Notes: generated by a model from the sequence alone, not told the origin. A stretch of DNA of 25,229 nucleotides from an uncultured Lachnospiraceae bacterium (GCA_964368755.1 CAYJCR010000010.1:1-25229), one strand, 5' to 3'. Shown: positions 15,624 to 24,681, counted from the first letter of the stretch. Made by a program: numbers and translations.

Positions 15624-16418
15624 TTATTCAAAATCGTCTATATCTTCTTCATCATCTTCATCTTCTTCTTCATCATCATCTTCGTCATCGTCTTCGTCTT
15701 CATCATCATCGTCGTCATCTTCGTCGTCAATATCTTCTTCGTATTCATCGAAGTCATCAATATCTTCTTCTAATGTCTTCATATCCCCTCCATCTGACTC
15801 AACTGTTTTGTCTTCTTCATCTGGTTCTTCTGGATTAATCTTAAAGTTATTATACAAAGAATCATCTTCTTTGTCATCATCTTGGTGAATAAGCTTGATT
15901 CTCTCGAGCAAAGAGTCATAGTCTGGCAAATCTTCTATGGAGTTGATCTCAAAACGCTTGAGGAACTCTTCCGTTGTACCGAACAAAAGTGGTTTGCCTA
16001 TTGCATCTTTCCTCCCAACAACTTCTATCATCTTGAAATCAAGTAGTAATTGTATCGCATAATCACAACTATTAACACCTCTTATCTCTTCAATCTCGAG
16101 CCTTGTAACGGGTTGTTTGTATGCTATGACTGCTACTGTCTCTAAGGCTGCTTTGGTCAATTGTTTCTCTTTGATAGGATTAAGAACATTTGCTATTTCT
16201 TCTGCATACTTAGGATTTGAACATAACTGAGCTTTGTTCTTAAATGTAATAATATTGACACCAGTATTGGACAATCTTGTCTTTAAAGATTCAACAGCTG
16301 ATTTAACAACGGATTCCTTCAATTCTAACTTCTCTGCAATATCTTTGAAGTCTATTCCATCACCAGCGACGAATAATATGCTTTCTATCACTTCTTCTAA
16401 TTCATCAATCTGAAACAT
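15624..16418 (-). CDS. scpB: Segregation and condensation protein B (ScpB) with a ~70-aa poly-acidic C-terminal extension
   Basis: IESILFVAGDGI..., PVTRLEIEEIRGVN and GRKDAIGKPLLFGTTEEFLKRF are ScpB winged-helix signatures. The start is set to ATG 16418 (GAAGGAGAAG RBS), overlapping the scpA 3' end by 14 nt. In the tail, 42 of the last 50 residues are D/E. Confidence 0.85.
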   Translation of the reverse strand: MFQIDELEEVIESILFVAGDGIDFKDIAEKLELKESVVKSAVESLKTRLSNTGVNIITFKNKAQLCSNPKYAEEIANVLNPIKEKQLTKAALETVAVIAYKQPVTRLEIEEIRGVNSCDYAIQLLLDFKMIEVVGRKDAIGKPLLFGTTEEFLKRFEINSIEDLPDYDSLLERIKLIHQDDDKEDDSLYNNFKINPEEPDEEDKTVESDGGDMKTLEEDIDDFDEYEEDIDDEDDDDDDEDEDDDEDDDEEEDEDDEEDIDDFE

Positions 16419-17187
16419 TATCTTCTCCTTCAGGTTCTTTGGCATGTATCTCTATATCTTCATATGTCCCTATTTGAACAACAGAAACATATTGCATCTT
16501 GAGTAACTCTAACAATGCAAGGAATACATTGATAACTTCACTCTTAGAATAATTGGCATCAAATAACTCAGTAAATCTAACTTGCTTTTTGTATGACAAT
16601 ACATCTTTGATAGAAGCAATCTTCTCGGCAACTGTCCATCTATCACGAACAATCTTCCTTGGTTCAATAGCTTTCTCTTCAATCTTGATTCTAGTCATCA
16701 TATTAGCAAAAGCATTAAGCAAATTCTCTAGTTGCATATTCTGCAATACGTATCTAAAATCATTAACGGTATCGTCTGGAGCTTTGTAAAACCTATCAAC
16801 ATTCTCATACTCTTTGAGTCTCTCGCAGGCCTCTTTGAACAATTTATACTCTTGTAATCGTTTAAGAAGTTTGGTTCCATCGTCTTCTTCCTCTTCGCCT
16901 TCAACTTCTGGTTTTGGAAGCAAACTCTTGGACTTAATCTCTATCAAAGTGGCTGCCATATCGATAAAGTCACTCGCCTTATCCATATCAAGAGTCTCAA
17001 TCTGATTCATATACTCCAAATACTGCTCTGTAATATCTGCAAGTTTGACTTCAAATATCTCTAGTTTGCTTTCTTTGATCAAATGCAATAAGAGATCCAA
17101 TGGACCTTCGAAGTTCTCCAACTTGAACTTGTATCCAGCATCAAATATGCCAAGTTGATCAGCAAGAGGTTTGGTAACATTAGCCAT
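16405..17187 (-). CDS. scpA: Segregation and condensation protein A (kleisin ScpA)
   Basis: FEGPLDLLLHLIKESKLEIFEVKLADITEQYLEYM is the canonical ScpA N-terminus. Length 260 aa. It lies immediately upstream of scpB. Confidence 0.9.
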   Translation of the reverse strand: MANVTKPLADQLGIFDAGYKFKLENFEGPLDLLLHLIKESKLEIFEVKLADITEQYLEYMNQIETLDMDKASDFIDMAATLIEIKSKSLLPKPEVEGEEEEDDGTKLLKRLQEYKLFKEACERLKEYENVDRFYKAPDDTVNDFRYVLQNMQLENLLNAFANMMTRIKIEEKAIEPRKIVRDRWTVAEKIASIKDVLSYKKQVRFTELFDANYSKSEVINVFLALLELLKMQYVSVVQIGTYEDIEIHAKEPEGEDNVSD

Positions 17188-17188
17188 C

Positions 17189-17914
17189 CTACACCCCCCA
17201 CATCAAGAACATTGTTAGTATTGGTTCCAATCCGAATATCTTACTCCATACCCAGTTGATTGGATAAGAGATATAATAACACAAATAAGTGATTATGCTA
17301 AAATTCCAAATATAATCAATCAAGAACATAGCAATAAGTAGTCCCCACAAGATGATAGTACCGTATTTGCGCATAAATACAACAAACTTATTCTCATATC
17401 TCATGTATGAAGAGATTGCATTGAATCCATCTAGTGGATAGACTGGCAAAAGGTTAAAGACCACAAGTACGAGATTGATTTGGATAAACATTACGAATAA
17501 GTAATAGAAGAACTCATTCCCCCACGCAAAATACCCACCATATCTAAACCATAAATTGAATATGCCTATGAAGAATATTGCAATGATAAGATTGGTCAAT
17601 ACTCCAATGATTGACACCAAGAATGTCTTACGTTTGTAATGGTTCTGAAAATTGAGTGTATTGATAGGGACAGGTTTGGCCCAACCAAAACCTAATACAA
17701 TAAAACACAAAATACCACTTACATCAATATGAGCAAGTGGATTGATAGTATCTCGTCCATATACTTTAGGTGTGATATCACCACATTTGACAGCTGTATG
17801 AGCATGAGCAAACTCATGTAGGGTAAATCCTACAGCAAGTGCAAGCATATAGCACACGAATATTATTGCCTTAGTCGAGAATGGCGCATCCAAAAATAAT
17901 AATGAATAAATCAT
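17189..17914 (-). CDS. Site-2 protease family (peptidase M50) membrane metalloprotease
   Basis: HEFAHAH (HExxH) in a TM segment and NLLPVYPLDGFN (NxxPxxxLDG), with multiple TM helices. The start is uncertain. The ORF-track start at 17953 is GTG without an SD, so I prefer ATG 17914. Confidence 0.75.
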   Translation of the reverse strand: MIYSLLFLDAPFSTKAIIFVCYMLALAVGFTLHEFAHAHTAVKCGDITPKVYGRDTINPLAHIDVSGILCFIVLGFGWAKPVPINTLNFQNHYKRKTFLVSIIGVLTNLIIAIFFIGIFNLWFRYGGYFAWGNEFFYYLFVMFIQINLVLVVFNLLPVYPLDGFNAISSYMRYENKFVVFMRKYGTIILWGLLIAMFLIDYIWNFSIITYLCYYISYPINWVWSKIFGLEPILTMFLMWGV

Positions 17915-18041
17915 ATAACTCTCTTTTATGTCGTTGATATAGGCATTTGTCACAATACAAATATTTTGCAGACCAGCAATAAAATAGTATATGGTGTCAA
18001 AATTATACCTACGATAACAATATTATTATAAACAAACAAAC

Positions 18042-18069
18042 ATTATAAGTAAAGCAATTTTTATGTCAA
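18042..18069 (-). promoter_or_regulatory. SigmaA-type promoter for the M50-scpA-scpB operon
   Basis: Minus strand has TTGACA (plus 18064-18069), a 16-nt spacer, then TATAAT (plus 18042-18047). It sits just downstream of the preceding terminator. Confidence 0.5.
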
Positions 18070-18103
18070 ATAAAGCCACACTCAATAAGAGTTTTATGAA
18101 GGC

Positions 18104-18132
18104 AAAAATAAAGGCATAACATATGTTATGCC
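18104..18132 (-). terminator. Rho-independent terminator after the second PBP5 gene
   Basis: Perfect palindrome GGCATAAC-ATAT-GTTATGCC (18113-18132). TTTATTTTT follows on the minus strand. Confidence 0.7.
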
Positions 18133-18148
18133 CATATATATTGGATAA

Positions 18149-19309
18149 CTACCTAATCGACCAATTGTCAGAAATTTTTGATAACATATCGATATATGTC
18201 GCCTTATTGATATCAGCACTTGCGACTATATTTGTCTCATTGATCACTACCCCATCAACTATTACATATACTTGTCCAACAACATCTCCAGCTTTGACAG
18301 GAGCATTAATATTCTCTTTTATATCATATTTTATCTCTATTTCTTTATTATCGTTCTTGTGTTGTAGATAATACATATCTTCGTTACATATAAGTTCTAC
18401 TACCTTTGACTTGCCACCTTTTACTATCGTATTATTCTCAATAACATCACCTTTCGCCAAGACTTTTTTGTTAACAAAAGTGTTGAATCCATAATTTAAG
18501 ACTTCTGATGTTTTAGCAAACCTATCTTTGCCGTTGTTTGCACCAAGCACAACGCCTACTAGTCTCATATCGCCACGTTTGGCAGTTGCTGCAAGACAAT
18601 ATCCAGCTTCGTTAGTCGAACCCGTCTTGCCACCATCACAGCCGTTATAATATCTTATCAACTTGTTTGTATTAACAAGTTCAGTCACTCTATCGCCACT
18701 ATGAGTAAGCTTATCTATCCATATCGTACTATAATCGAAGTATTTGTCATGTTTGATAACTTCTACTAGTAACTTGGCTATATCCCTAGCCGTAGAGAAC
18801 TGATCCGTCGTAGGCAAACCTGTACAGTTCATATACTGTGTGTGTGTTAGTCCAAGTTCCGAGGCTTTATTATTCATCAACTTAACAAAATTCTCTTCAC
18901 TGCCCGATATATGCTCAGCAAGAGCAACACTCGCATCGTTGGCAGAACAAACTATTACACTTTTTATTAAATCTTCTACAGTATAACTTCCACCCATCTC
19001 GATGAATACTTGAGAGCCTCCCATACCTGCTGCATTAGATGATGCAACAACCGTATCATCAAGAGCAATCTTGCCGTCATCAATTTGTTCAAACGTAATG
19101 AGTATTGTCATCAATTTGACAATGCTTGCAACAGGGAGCTGTTTGTCTGCATCTTGTTCGAACAACACTTGCCCACTTCCACAATCCATCAAATAGACAG
19201 ATTTGCATTGCAGGTCTTCAATATCAGCATATGTTATATCTTTTGGATTCATTGGACTTATGATTAGCCAACAAAAAACAAGTAATATTGCTATTATATA
19301 CTTTTTCAT
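18149..19309 (-). CDS. D-alanyl-D-alanine carboxypeptidase (PBP5-type, peptidase S11), paralog of 13499-14626
   Basis: ASIVKLMT (SxxK), CSANDAS (SxN) and GKTGST (KTG), plus a signal peptide. AGAGGTGA RBS. Confidence 0.85.
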   Translation of the reverse strand: MKKYIIAILLVFCWLIISPMNPKDITYADIEDLQCKSVYLMDCGSGQVLFEQDADKQLPVASIVKLMTILITFEQIDDGKIALDDTVVASSNAAGMGGSQVFIEMGGSYTVEDLIKSVIVCSANDASVALAEHISGSEENFVKLMNNKASELGLTHTQYMNCTGLPTTDQFSTARDIAKLLVEVIKHDKYFDYSTIWIDKLTHSGDRVTELVNTNKLIRYYNGCDGGKTGSTNEAGYCLAATAKRGDMRLVGVVLGANNGKDRFAKTSEVLNYGFNTFVNKKVLAKGDVIENNTIVKGGKSKVVELICNEDMYYLQHKNDNKEIEIKYDIKENINAPVKAGDVVGQVYVIVDGVVINETNIVASADINKATYIDMLSKISDNWSIR

Positions 19310-19362
19310 AATTCACCTCTTATGAATATAATTTGCAATTTACTTGTTATTATGTAAAGATA

Positions 19363-20172
19363 TTACATTTTTTTGATAACTTCTATAAGATAATCCGAGA
19401 AATACTCATCAGAACATTGTAGATTGTACTTAACGTCTTCATATTTGAGTTGGTTCTTTGAATATGGCGCAGCATAATTGGTTATTACACCAATTGCCAA
19501 GCATCTAATACCACAATATGAAGATACAATTGCATCATAAACAAAGTTAAACCCAGCAACATCAGCATCAGCAAGTTTAGCCAATCTAATCTCAGCTGGA
19601 GTCTCAGGAGTTGGTCCTGGGTACTGAACAATTGTACAATCAGGGACTTTGAACTTAAACTGTTGCTTGCCAACTTGTTTTGCTAACAAACCAAGCTCTT
19701 TGTCATAAGCACTAGACAAGTCAAAGAATTTAACTCTTGTATCAAGCATTGTTTCGTTGAGTGGATTGCGCCCTGTAAGGTTGATATGATCTTTGATGTT
19801 GACAAGATAACCAATCTTAAGTCTTGGATTGATTGCTCCAACACTACCAGTTATGATAAGTGATTTACAACCCAATTCTTTAATTACAAACAATGGAATA
19901 ATTGTCTCTCCTTGCTTATAATTATTGTACAAATGAAGTCTTCCAAACATAACCATAATGTATTTTTTGCCAACATAACCAAATATAAACTTACCGTGTT
20001 TGTCAGAACCTTCAAATGGAAAGTTTGGTATATCAACATAGTTGACTTCTATAGGATCCTTGATCTTTGCAATATAGTTTTTGATCTCGCGACTAGAAAT
20101 AATTGCTATCTCAGGGACGTTTTTAATCTTTTTTCTCAAATAATCAGTAATTGCTTGAACTCTCTTTTCCAT
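19363..20172 (-). CDS. punA: Purine nucleoside phosphorylase (PunA/PupG type)
   Basis: FGRLHLYNNY (compare GRFHYYEG), ITGSVGAIN and VAGFNFVYDAIV. Length 269 aa. AAGAGGT RBS. Confidence 0.75.
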   Translation of the reverse strand: MEKRVQAITDYLRKKIKNVPEIAIISSREIKNYIAKIKDPIEVNYVDIPNFPFEGSDKHGKFIFGYVGKKYIMVMFGRLHLYNNYKQGETIIPLFVIKELGCKSLIITGSVGAINPRLKIGYLVNIKDHINLTGRNPLNETMLDTRVKFFDLSSAYDKELGLLAKQVGKQQFKFKVPDCTIVQYPGPTPETPAEIRLAKLADADVAGFNFVYDAIVSSYCGIRCLAIGVITNYAAPYSKNQLKYEDVKYNLQCSDEYFSDYLIEVIKKM

Positions 20173-20222
20173 ATAACAATACCTCTTATTTGCATTCTAC
20201 CACAAATAATACAAAAATGCCA

Positions 20223-20840
20223 TCAAATAATAAAAATAAATGTATTATAAGTAATATTTATCAAAATTGCCTCAATCAAACAAATAACAAATATTGGTAT
20301 TAGGAAGTACAAACACTTCTTATTTACTTGTCTATTGTATCCATATCTTTTATTGTCAATACTACAAGTAGTTGAATATATAGTTGCAATAAGATAACAA
20401 ACAATTGTCAACAACTGGCATGGAAATAATACAAAAACAACATTAAATACCCCACTTACTCCAAATAACACAATAAGCACTACAGAGTTAGCACCTAGAA
20501 CAAAACTTTTGTATGCCAAGAATAATATTGGCAATGGGATGAAAAATATCCATAATGAAAGTATTATTATCAAAAATACAAACAATGCCGAAAATATGAA
20601 TCTTGTCATGAAATATCCAAATACAGTTGAATCGCCTTTTAAGAATTTAACAAGGAGATTATCTGTAATATTAGATGACGAAATATCACTCGAAGATTTG
20701 ATTGCAGTGAATATACCACTAACAAGTCCGATAATAATAACAATAATGAATAGTATTATCAATACCTTATGACGTGAAAAAAAATCCTTGAATCCAAGTT
20801 TTGCTTTGCTGGCACCAAGATAAAAGGTATTTCTTCTCAT
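20223..20840 (-). CDS. spoIIM: Stage II sporulation protein M (SpoIIM-like polytopic membrane protein)
   Basis: 205 aa with about 5 TM helices, an N-terminal ..FKDFFSRHKVLIILFI.. and an internal YKSFVLGAN resembling the SpoIIM NG..lG motif. The locus links spo0A and punA, and spoIIM lies close to pupG in B. subtilis. No SD is visible. Confidence 0.55.
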   Translation of the reverse strand: MRRNTFYLGASKAKLGFKDFFSRHKVLIILFIIVIIIGLVSGIFTAIKSSSDISSSNITDNLLVKFLKGDSTVFGYFMTRFIFSALFVFLIIILSLWIFFIPLPILFLAYKSFVLGANSVVLIVLFGVSGVFNVVFVLFPCQLLTIVCYLIATIYSTTCSIDNKRYGYNRQVNKKCLYFLIPIFVICLIEAILINITYNTFIFII

Positions 20841-20877
20841 ATTATATTATATTATATGTATGTATAAAGTATTACTA

Positions 20878-21567
20878 TCAACTATTAGCTGAAGTCCAGA
20901 ATTTATTGGCTAGATATATGACAGCCTTTTTTGTACTCATACAACCTTCAAGCAAATTGTTCTGACTAACATATTTTTTTATAACATATCTCAAATCTTT
21001 CTCTATCGAGCAAATGGTCTTATTATACATTTTACTCAAAGATTTGTATACAGTCTTTGACATATAGAACATTGGCATATTCTTATTGACAAGGTAATGA
21101 ATGCAATCTCTAAGATAAATATAACCTGCTAGATTAGAACTTAGTCCTATACTTATCAAAAAAGAACCGATTTGTTTGGTGGAATAAGGATTCTTATTCT
21201 GATAGAAGTTAAAAGCATTGGTAAGTAATGTTGGCATCATATAGTTAAGTTCATCATAAAAATTTTCTATATGTATGAAAGGATAGTCTTTTTCATAAGA
21301 AAATTCCTGCTCCATTAACAAAACAATATTAGGAATATGGAACTTAGAATCAGACTGTTGAAATAACATCAAAAAATCATCATTAACTATTATACTTGTT
21401 GTATCAATAAATAATACTTGTATATGATTAATCTCAATAAAGTTAATCACTTCATAATAGTTGATAGCATTCTGAGCAGTTATACCAATGCTCATCAACT
21501 GTCTTCTTATATTGTATAACACATCTTTATTTTGCGATAAAATACATGCCCTAAGCTTATGTTCCAT
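20878..21567 (-). CDS. spo0A: Spo0A-like regulator: Spo0A C-terminal DNA-binding domain with a divergent, apparently degenerate receiver domain
   Basis: It sits directly downstream of spoIVB, as spo0A does in Bacilli and Clostridia. GYIYLRDCIHYL aligns with B. subtilis GYLYLREAISMV. TVYKSLSKMYNKTICSIEKDLRYVIKK aligns with [28 protein letters not shown]. GGAGG RBS. The N-terminal half is REC-like in pattern only. Confidence 0.6.
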   Translation of the reverse strand: MEHKLRACILSQNKDVLYNIRRQLMSIGITAQNAINYYEVINFIEINHIQVLFIDTTSIIVNDDFLMLFQQSDSKFHIPNIVLLMEQEFSYEKDYPFIHIENFYDELNYMMPTLLTNAFNFYQNKNPYSTKQIGSFLISIGLSSNLAGYIYLRDCIHYLVNKNMPMFYMSKTVYKSLSKMYNKTICSIEKDLRYVIKKYVSQNNLLEGCMSTKKAVIYLANKFWTSANS

Positions 21568-21608
21568 AATAGTTTGCCTCCAAAAAAGGTAAATTACATT
21601 ACTTAGGC

Positions 21609-21657
21609 ATTATAGCAAATTGTTTTTTGATTGTATATCATTTACAAAAAATGTCAA
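21609..21657 (-). promoter_or_regulatory. Candidate promoter region for the spo0A-like gene
   Basis: Minus strand has TTGACA (plus 21652-21657), a 16-nt spacer, then TACAAT (plus 21630-21635). A second consensus TATAAT lies at plus 21609-21614. Confidence 0.4.
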
Positions 21658-21685
21658 AATATTTTTATTTTTCAATAACCAAATT

Positions 21686-21703
21686 GATTTTTGTACAAAA
21701 ATC
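21686..21703 (-). terminator. AT-rich palindromic hairpin right after the spoIVB stop (weak terminator or processing site)
   Basis: GATTTTTGTACAAAAATC is a perfect palindrome. The stem is nearly all A:T and the trailing sequence is only moderately T-rich, so termination is doubtful. Confidence 0.3.
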
Positions 21704-21704
21704 A

Positions 21705-22910
21705 TTATTCATTTATCATCCAATCTATATATATACCAAATCCTTTAGTTGGATCATTGACAAACACATGCGTCAAAGCCCCTATTAATCTGCCATTCTG
21801 CAATATTGGGCTACCACTCATTCCCTGCACTATGCCACCTGTCTGATGTAACAATTTATTATCTGTTACTCTTATAACCATGCTCTTGTCGTTAGAATAG
21901 TTTTGATAATTGGTTTTTATTATCTCTATATTATATTCTTGAGCAGGGCCTCCATCAAGAGAACATAGTATTGTTGCCTTGCCAGGAGTTGCTATCTGTC
22001 TACTTCCTACGGGATAAATTTTAGCTTTGTTGATAAGATCAGCATCTATATCAATATATCCATATACTCCATACTTTGAATTCTTGTCAATAACACCTTT
22101 TGCATTTTTGTTCTCTAGATATATACCTTTGACTTCGCCAGGGCTACCAGAATGCGCTTTGTTAATTCCAATAATATTGCAATCATACAGATTACCACTA
22201 GATGCATCAATTATCTGAGGAACATCACTATCATTCATACCATGACCCAAAGCTCCGAATCTTTTGTCAGCCTTAATATAAGTAAGTGTTCCTATTGATG
22301 CAATAGAATCTTTGACCCAAAGTCCTAATTTGTATTTGTTTGTTACATCGTCATACACAAGGTCTGACTCGCATTGACAGACTTCTCCATCACGAATATA
22401 TTCGACGGTTATCTTACCTCCTTGTAAATAATTATTATCAATAATATTAGCTATATCGCTTTTTGAAATTATTTCATAAGTTCCGATTTTTGTTATACAA
22501 TCTCCCTTTTTGAATAACGGATTATTGATTGGTGATATCACAACTACACCTTTAGTCTTAACAGTCATACCAACAACATTACCACTGACTAATACTTCTT
22601 CGTCTTGAAGCAATTGTATTTTTTGTTTTTTTATCGGAATAAGATTGAATAACTTGATAACAATCTCTGGCTCATAACAAGCTGAGGAGGACGTTTGTAT
22701 GCATTTGTTATTAAGTTCTTTATGAAATACATAATACAATTCGCTTGGCTTATATAGACTACAATCACTTTGATACATTGTAACAACTGATGGCATAGAC
22801 AAAACATCTATAATAGGGATAATAATGGATAGAAAAAAAATCATAGAAATTATTCCTATCCCAATCAAAAACGATTTTAATAATTTTTTTGTTACAAAAA
22901 AACCACTCAT
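21705..22910 (-). CDS. spoIVB: SpoIVB peptidase (S55 signalling serine protease with PDZ domain)
   Basis: GTLTYI..RFGALGHGM (catalytic His region) and QGMSGSPIL (catalytic Ser), with an N-terminal TM anchor. The start is uncertain. The ORF-track start at 22952 is TTG, the first ATG is 22910, and neither has a clear SD. Confidence 0.85.
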   Translation of the reverse strand: MSGFFVTKKLLKSFLIGIGIISMIFFLSIIIPIIDVLSMPSVVTMYQSDCSLYKPSELYYVFHKELNNKCIQTSSSACYEPEIVIKLFNLIPIKKQKIQLLQDEEVLVSGNVVGMTVKTKGVVVISPINNPLFKKGDCITKIGTYEIISKSDIANIIDNNYLQGGKITVEYIRDGEVCQCESDLVYDDVTNKYKLGLWVKDSIASIGTLTYIKADKRFGALGHGMNDSDVPQIIDASSGNLYDCNIIGINKAHSGSPGEVKGIYLENKNAKGVIDKNSKYGVYGYIDIDADLINKAKIYPVGSRQIATPGKATILCSLDGGPAQEYNIEIIKTNYQNYSNDKSMVIRVTDNKLLHQTGGIVQGMSGSPILQNGRLIGALTHVFVNDPTKGFGIYIDWMINE

Positions 22911-22977
22911 ATATAGAGTAGTTTTTGATTTATTCAAAAATATATGTATCAATATAGTGCAATATCATTGTCAAAAA

Positions 22978-24681
22978 TTACATTTTTGCTTTGTATGATT
23001 GGCACCTGTTTATCAATTCTCTTGCATGAGCAATAGAAGTATCACTATCTTCTCCACCAGAGAGCCTTGCAACTTCTTTCTCACCATCAGGCGAACTCAA
23101 CTGTTGAATAGAAGTAATTGTATCATTATTGGAAGAAGTCTTTGATATCAAGTATCTCGCATCAGCCATAGCCGATATCTGAGGCAAATGTGTTACAGAA
23201 AGTACTTGATGAAGTTTGCTGATATTTGCCATCTTACAAGCAATAACATAACCAATGTGTCCGCTTATGCCCGTATCAATCTCATCAAATACAACGGTTT
23301 GTATCTTGTCCTTATCAGCAATAATGTTCTTGATAGCAAGCATAAATCTACTCATTTCGCCACCAGATATAATGTCTGACAAAGGTCTTAATGGTTGACC
23401 AAGATTGGCAGAAAAAACAAATCGTACTTTATCAAACCCATCATAATCGAACGAACATGTGTCGATATCTTTGGCTGGTCTATCTTCAAACTCTACAACA
23501 AAAGATGAATTCTTCATACCAAGGTCGTTGAGTTCTGTAATAACTTTGCCTTCGAACTGTTTAGATATCTCTCTACGTATGTCTGATAAGTTAGAACATT
23601 TGTCATATATCTTATCGAATACGCCAAGTTTGTCTTTTGACAACTTTTTGAGTAATTCCCCACTATCCAATAAATTGTTGTAATCTAATGTTGCTTGAGC
23701 CAAAAACTTCTGTATATCTTCATAACTTGATCCATATTTTTTCTTCATCAATTTGATATTGTCAAGCCTACTATCCACACGATTGAACTCAGCTTCGTCA
23801 AATACAAAATTGTTATTATAATCTTGTATTGAATCAATAATGTCTTCAAGTTCTATTCGTGTACTATCCAATCGCTCTGCCCATGAAGAAAACTCTTCTC
23901 CATACTTGGATATTGAGTACAATTCTGATTGTGCTCTTTTGATAGCGCCAGCGATCTCATTGCTATTACCACCAAGATTGTTATATGAGTTGAGCATAGA
24001 TGTAGCAATCTTTTCTGAATTGATATACTTACTCTTGAGTTCTACTAGTTCTTGCTCTTCATTTTCTTTCAAACCAAAACTATTTATCTCATCTATCTGA
24101 TATTTCAACAAGTCTAAGGTCCTTGCTCTTTGACTCTCATCAGTGCCAAGCGCCATTATTTGCTTACATATATCCTTATATTCGTCAATAAGTTGGGCAA
24201 GTTCTTTTTTCAAAAGACTAAGCTGTTGCTGTCTAAATCCATCTATTATCTTAATATGTTCTTTTTCTTTGAGAAGTGATTGATGCTCGTGTTGCCCATG
24301 TATATCTACAAGATAAGCTGATATGGACTTGAGCATAGCCAAAGATATGAGTTGTCCATTGAATCTAATATCAGATTTGTTATTGGTGGAATAAGTCCTT
24401 GATATCATCATATCTTCTTCAAGTTCAAGACCAAGATCTGTTACAACTTCATGCACTTGTTCAGAAAACGGTGGAGCAAACAATGCTTCAACTCTCATAT
24501 TGTCGCATCCATTACGAATAAGATTCTTGTTAATCTTACCACCCAACACAAAACTAAGAGCATCAATAATAATACTCTTACCAGCACCAGTCTCACCAGA
24601 TAAGACATTGAGCCCATCAACGAACTCCACGGACAACTTATCTATAAGCGCTACATTATTTATCCTCAACGAACTAAGCAT
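22978..24681 (-). CDS. recN: DNA repair protein RecN
   Basis: LNVLSGETGAGKSIIIDAL Walker A, long coiled-coil middle, C-terminal ISGGEMSRFMLA signature and VVFDEIDTGISG Walker B. Length 567 aa. Confidence 0.9.
   Translation of the reverse strand: MLSSLRINNVALIDKLSVEFVDGLNVLSGETGAGKSIIIDALSFVLGGKINKNLIRNGCDNMRVEALFAPPFSEQVHEVVTDLGLELEEDMMISRTYSTNNKSDIRFNGQLISLAMLKSISAYLVDIHGQHEHQSLLKEKEHIKIIDGFRQQQLSLLKKELAQLIDEYKDICKQIMALGTDESQRARTLDLLKYQIDEINSFGLKENEEQELVELKSKYINSEKIATSMLNSYNNLGGNSNEIAGAIKRAQSELYSISKYGEEFSSWAERLDSTRIELEDIIDSIQDYNNNFVFDEAEFNRVDSRLDNIKLMKKKYGSSYEDIQKFLAQATLDYNNLLDSGELLKKLSKDKLGVFDKIYDKCSNLSDIRREISKQFEGKVITELNDLGMKNSSFVVEFEDRPAKDIDTCSFDYDGFDKVRFVFSANLGQPLRPLSDIISGGEMSRFMLAIKNIIADKDKIQTVVFDEIDTGISGHIGYVIACKMANISKLHQVLSVTHLPQISAMADARYLISKTSSNNDTITSIQQLSSPDGEKEVARLSGGEDSDTSIAHARELINRCQSYKAKM

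Noticed and set aside
15605-15838. Plus-strand 77-aa His/Leu/Arg-rich ORF (HHLHLLLHHHLRHRLRLHHH...)
   Set aside because: It is the antisense reading of the (GAN)n tract that encodes the ScpB acidic tail. It has no RBS or promoter and is a low-complexity artefact.
17194-17199. C6 run at the M50/scpA junction
   Set aside because: It encodes the last codons of the M50 gene (W-G-V-stop) and doubles as the G-rich SD for scpA. At only 6 nt, it has a functional explanation.
13499-19309. Two PBP5-type carboxypeptidase paralogues flanking scpAB as something unusual
   Set aside because: Spore-formers normally encode several DacA/DacB/DacF paralogues. Both genes here have intact SxxK/SxN/KTG motifs and expected synteny.
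21568-21704. 0A boxes (TGTCGAA) for autoregulation upstream of the spo0A-like gene
   Set aside because: Only a TGTCAAA lookalike (about 21652-21658) is present, and it coincides with the -35 TTGACA on the other strand. There is no exact 0A box.
22830-22900. A8/T7/A7 homopolymers in the 5' part of spoIVB as phase-variation tracts
   Set aside because: A/T runs of this length are common throughout this AT-rich window. Here they encode the Phe/Lys-rich TM anchor and are not compositionally exceptional, unlike the G9 tract.
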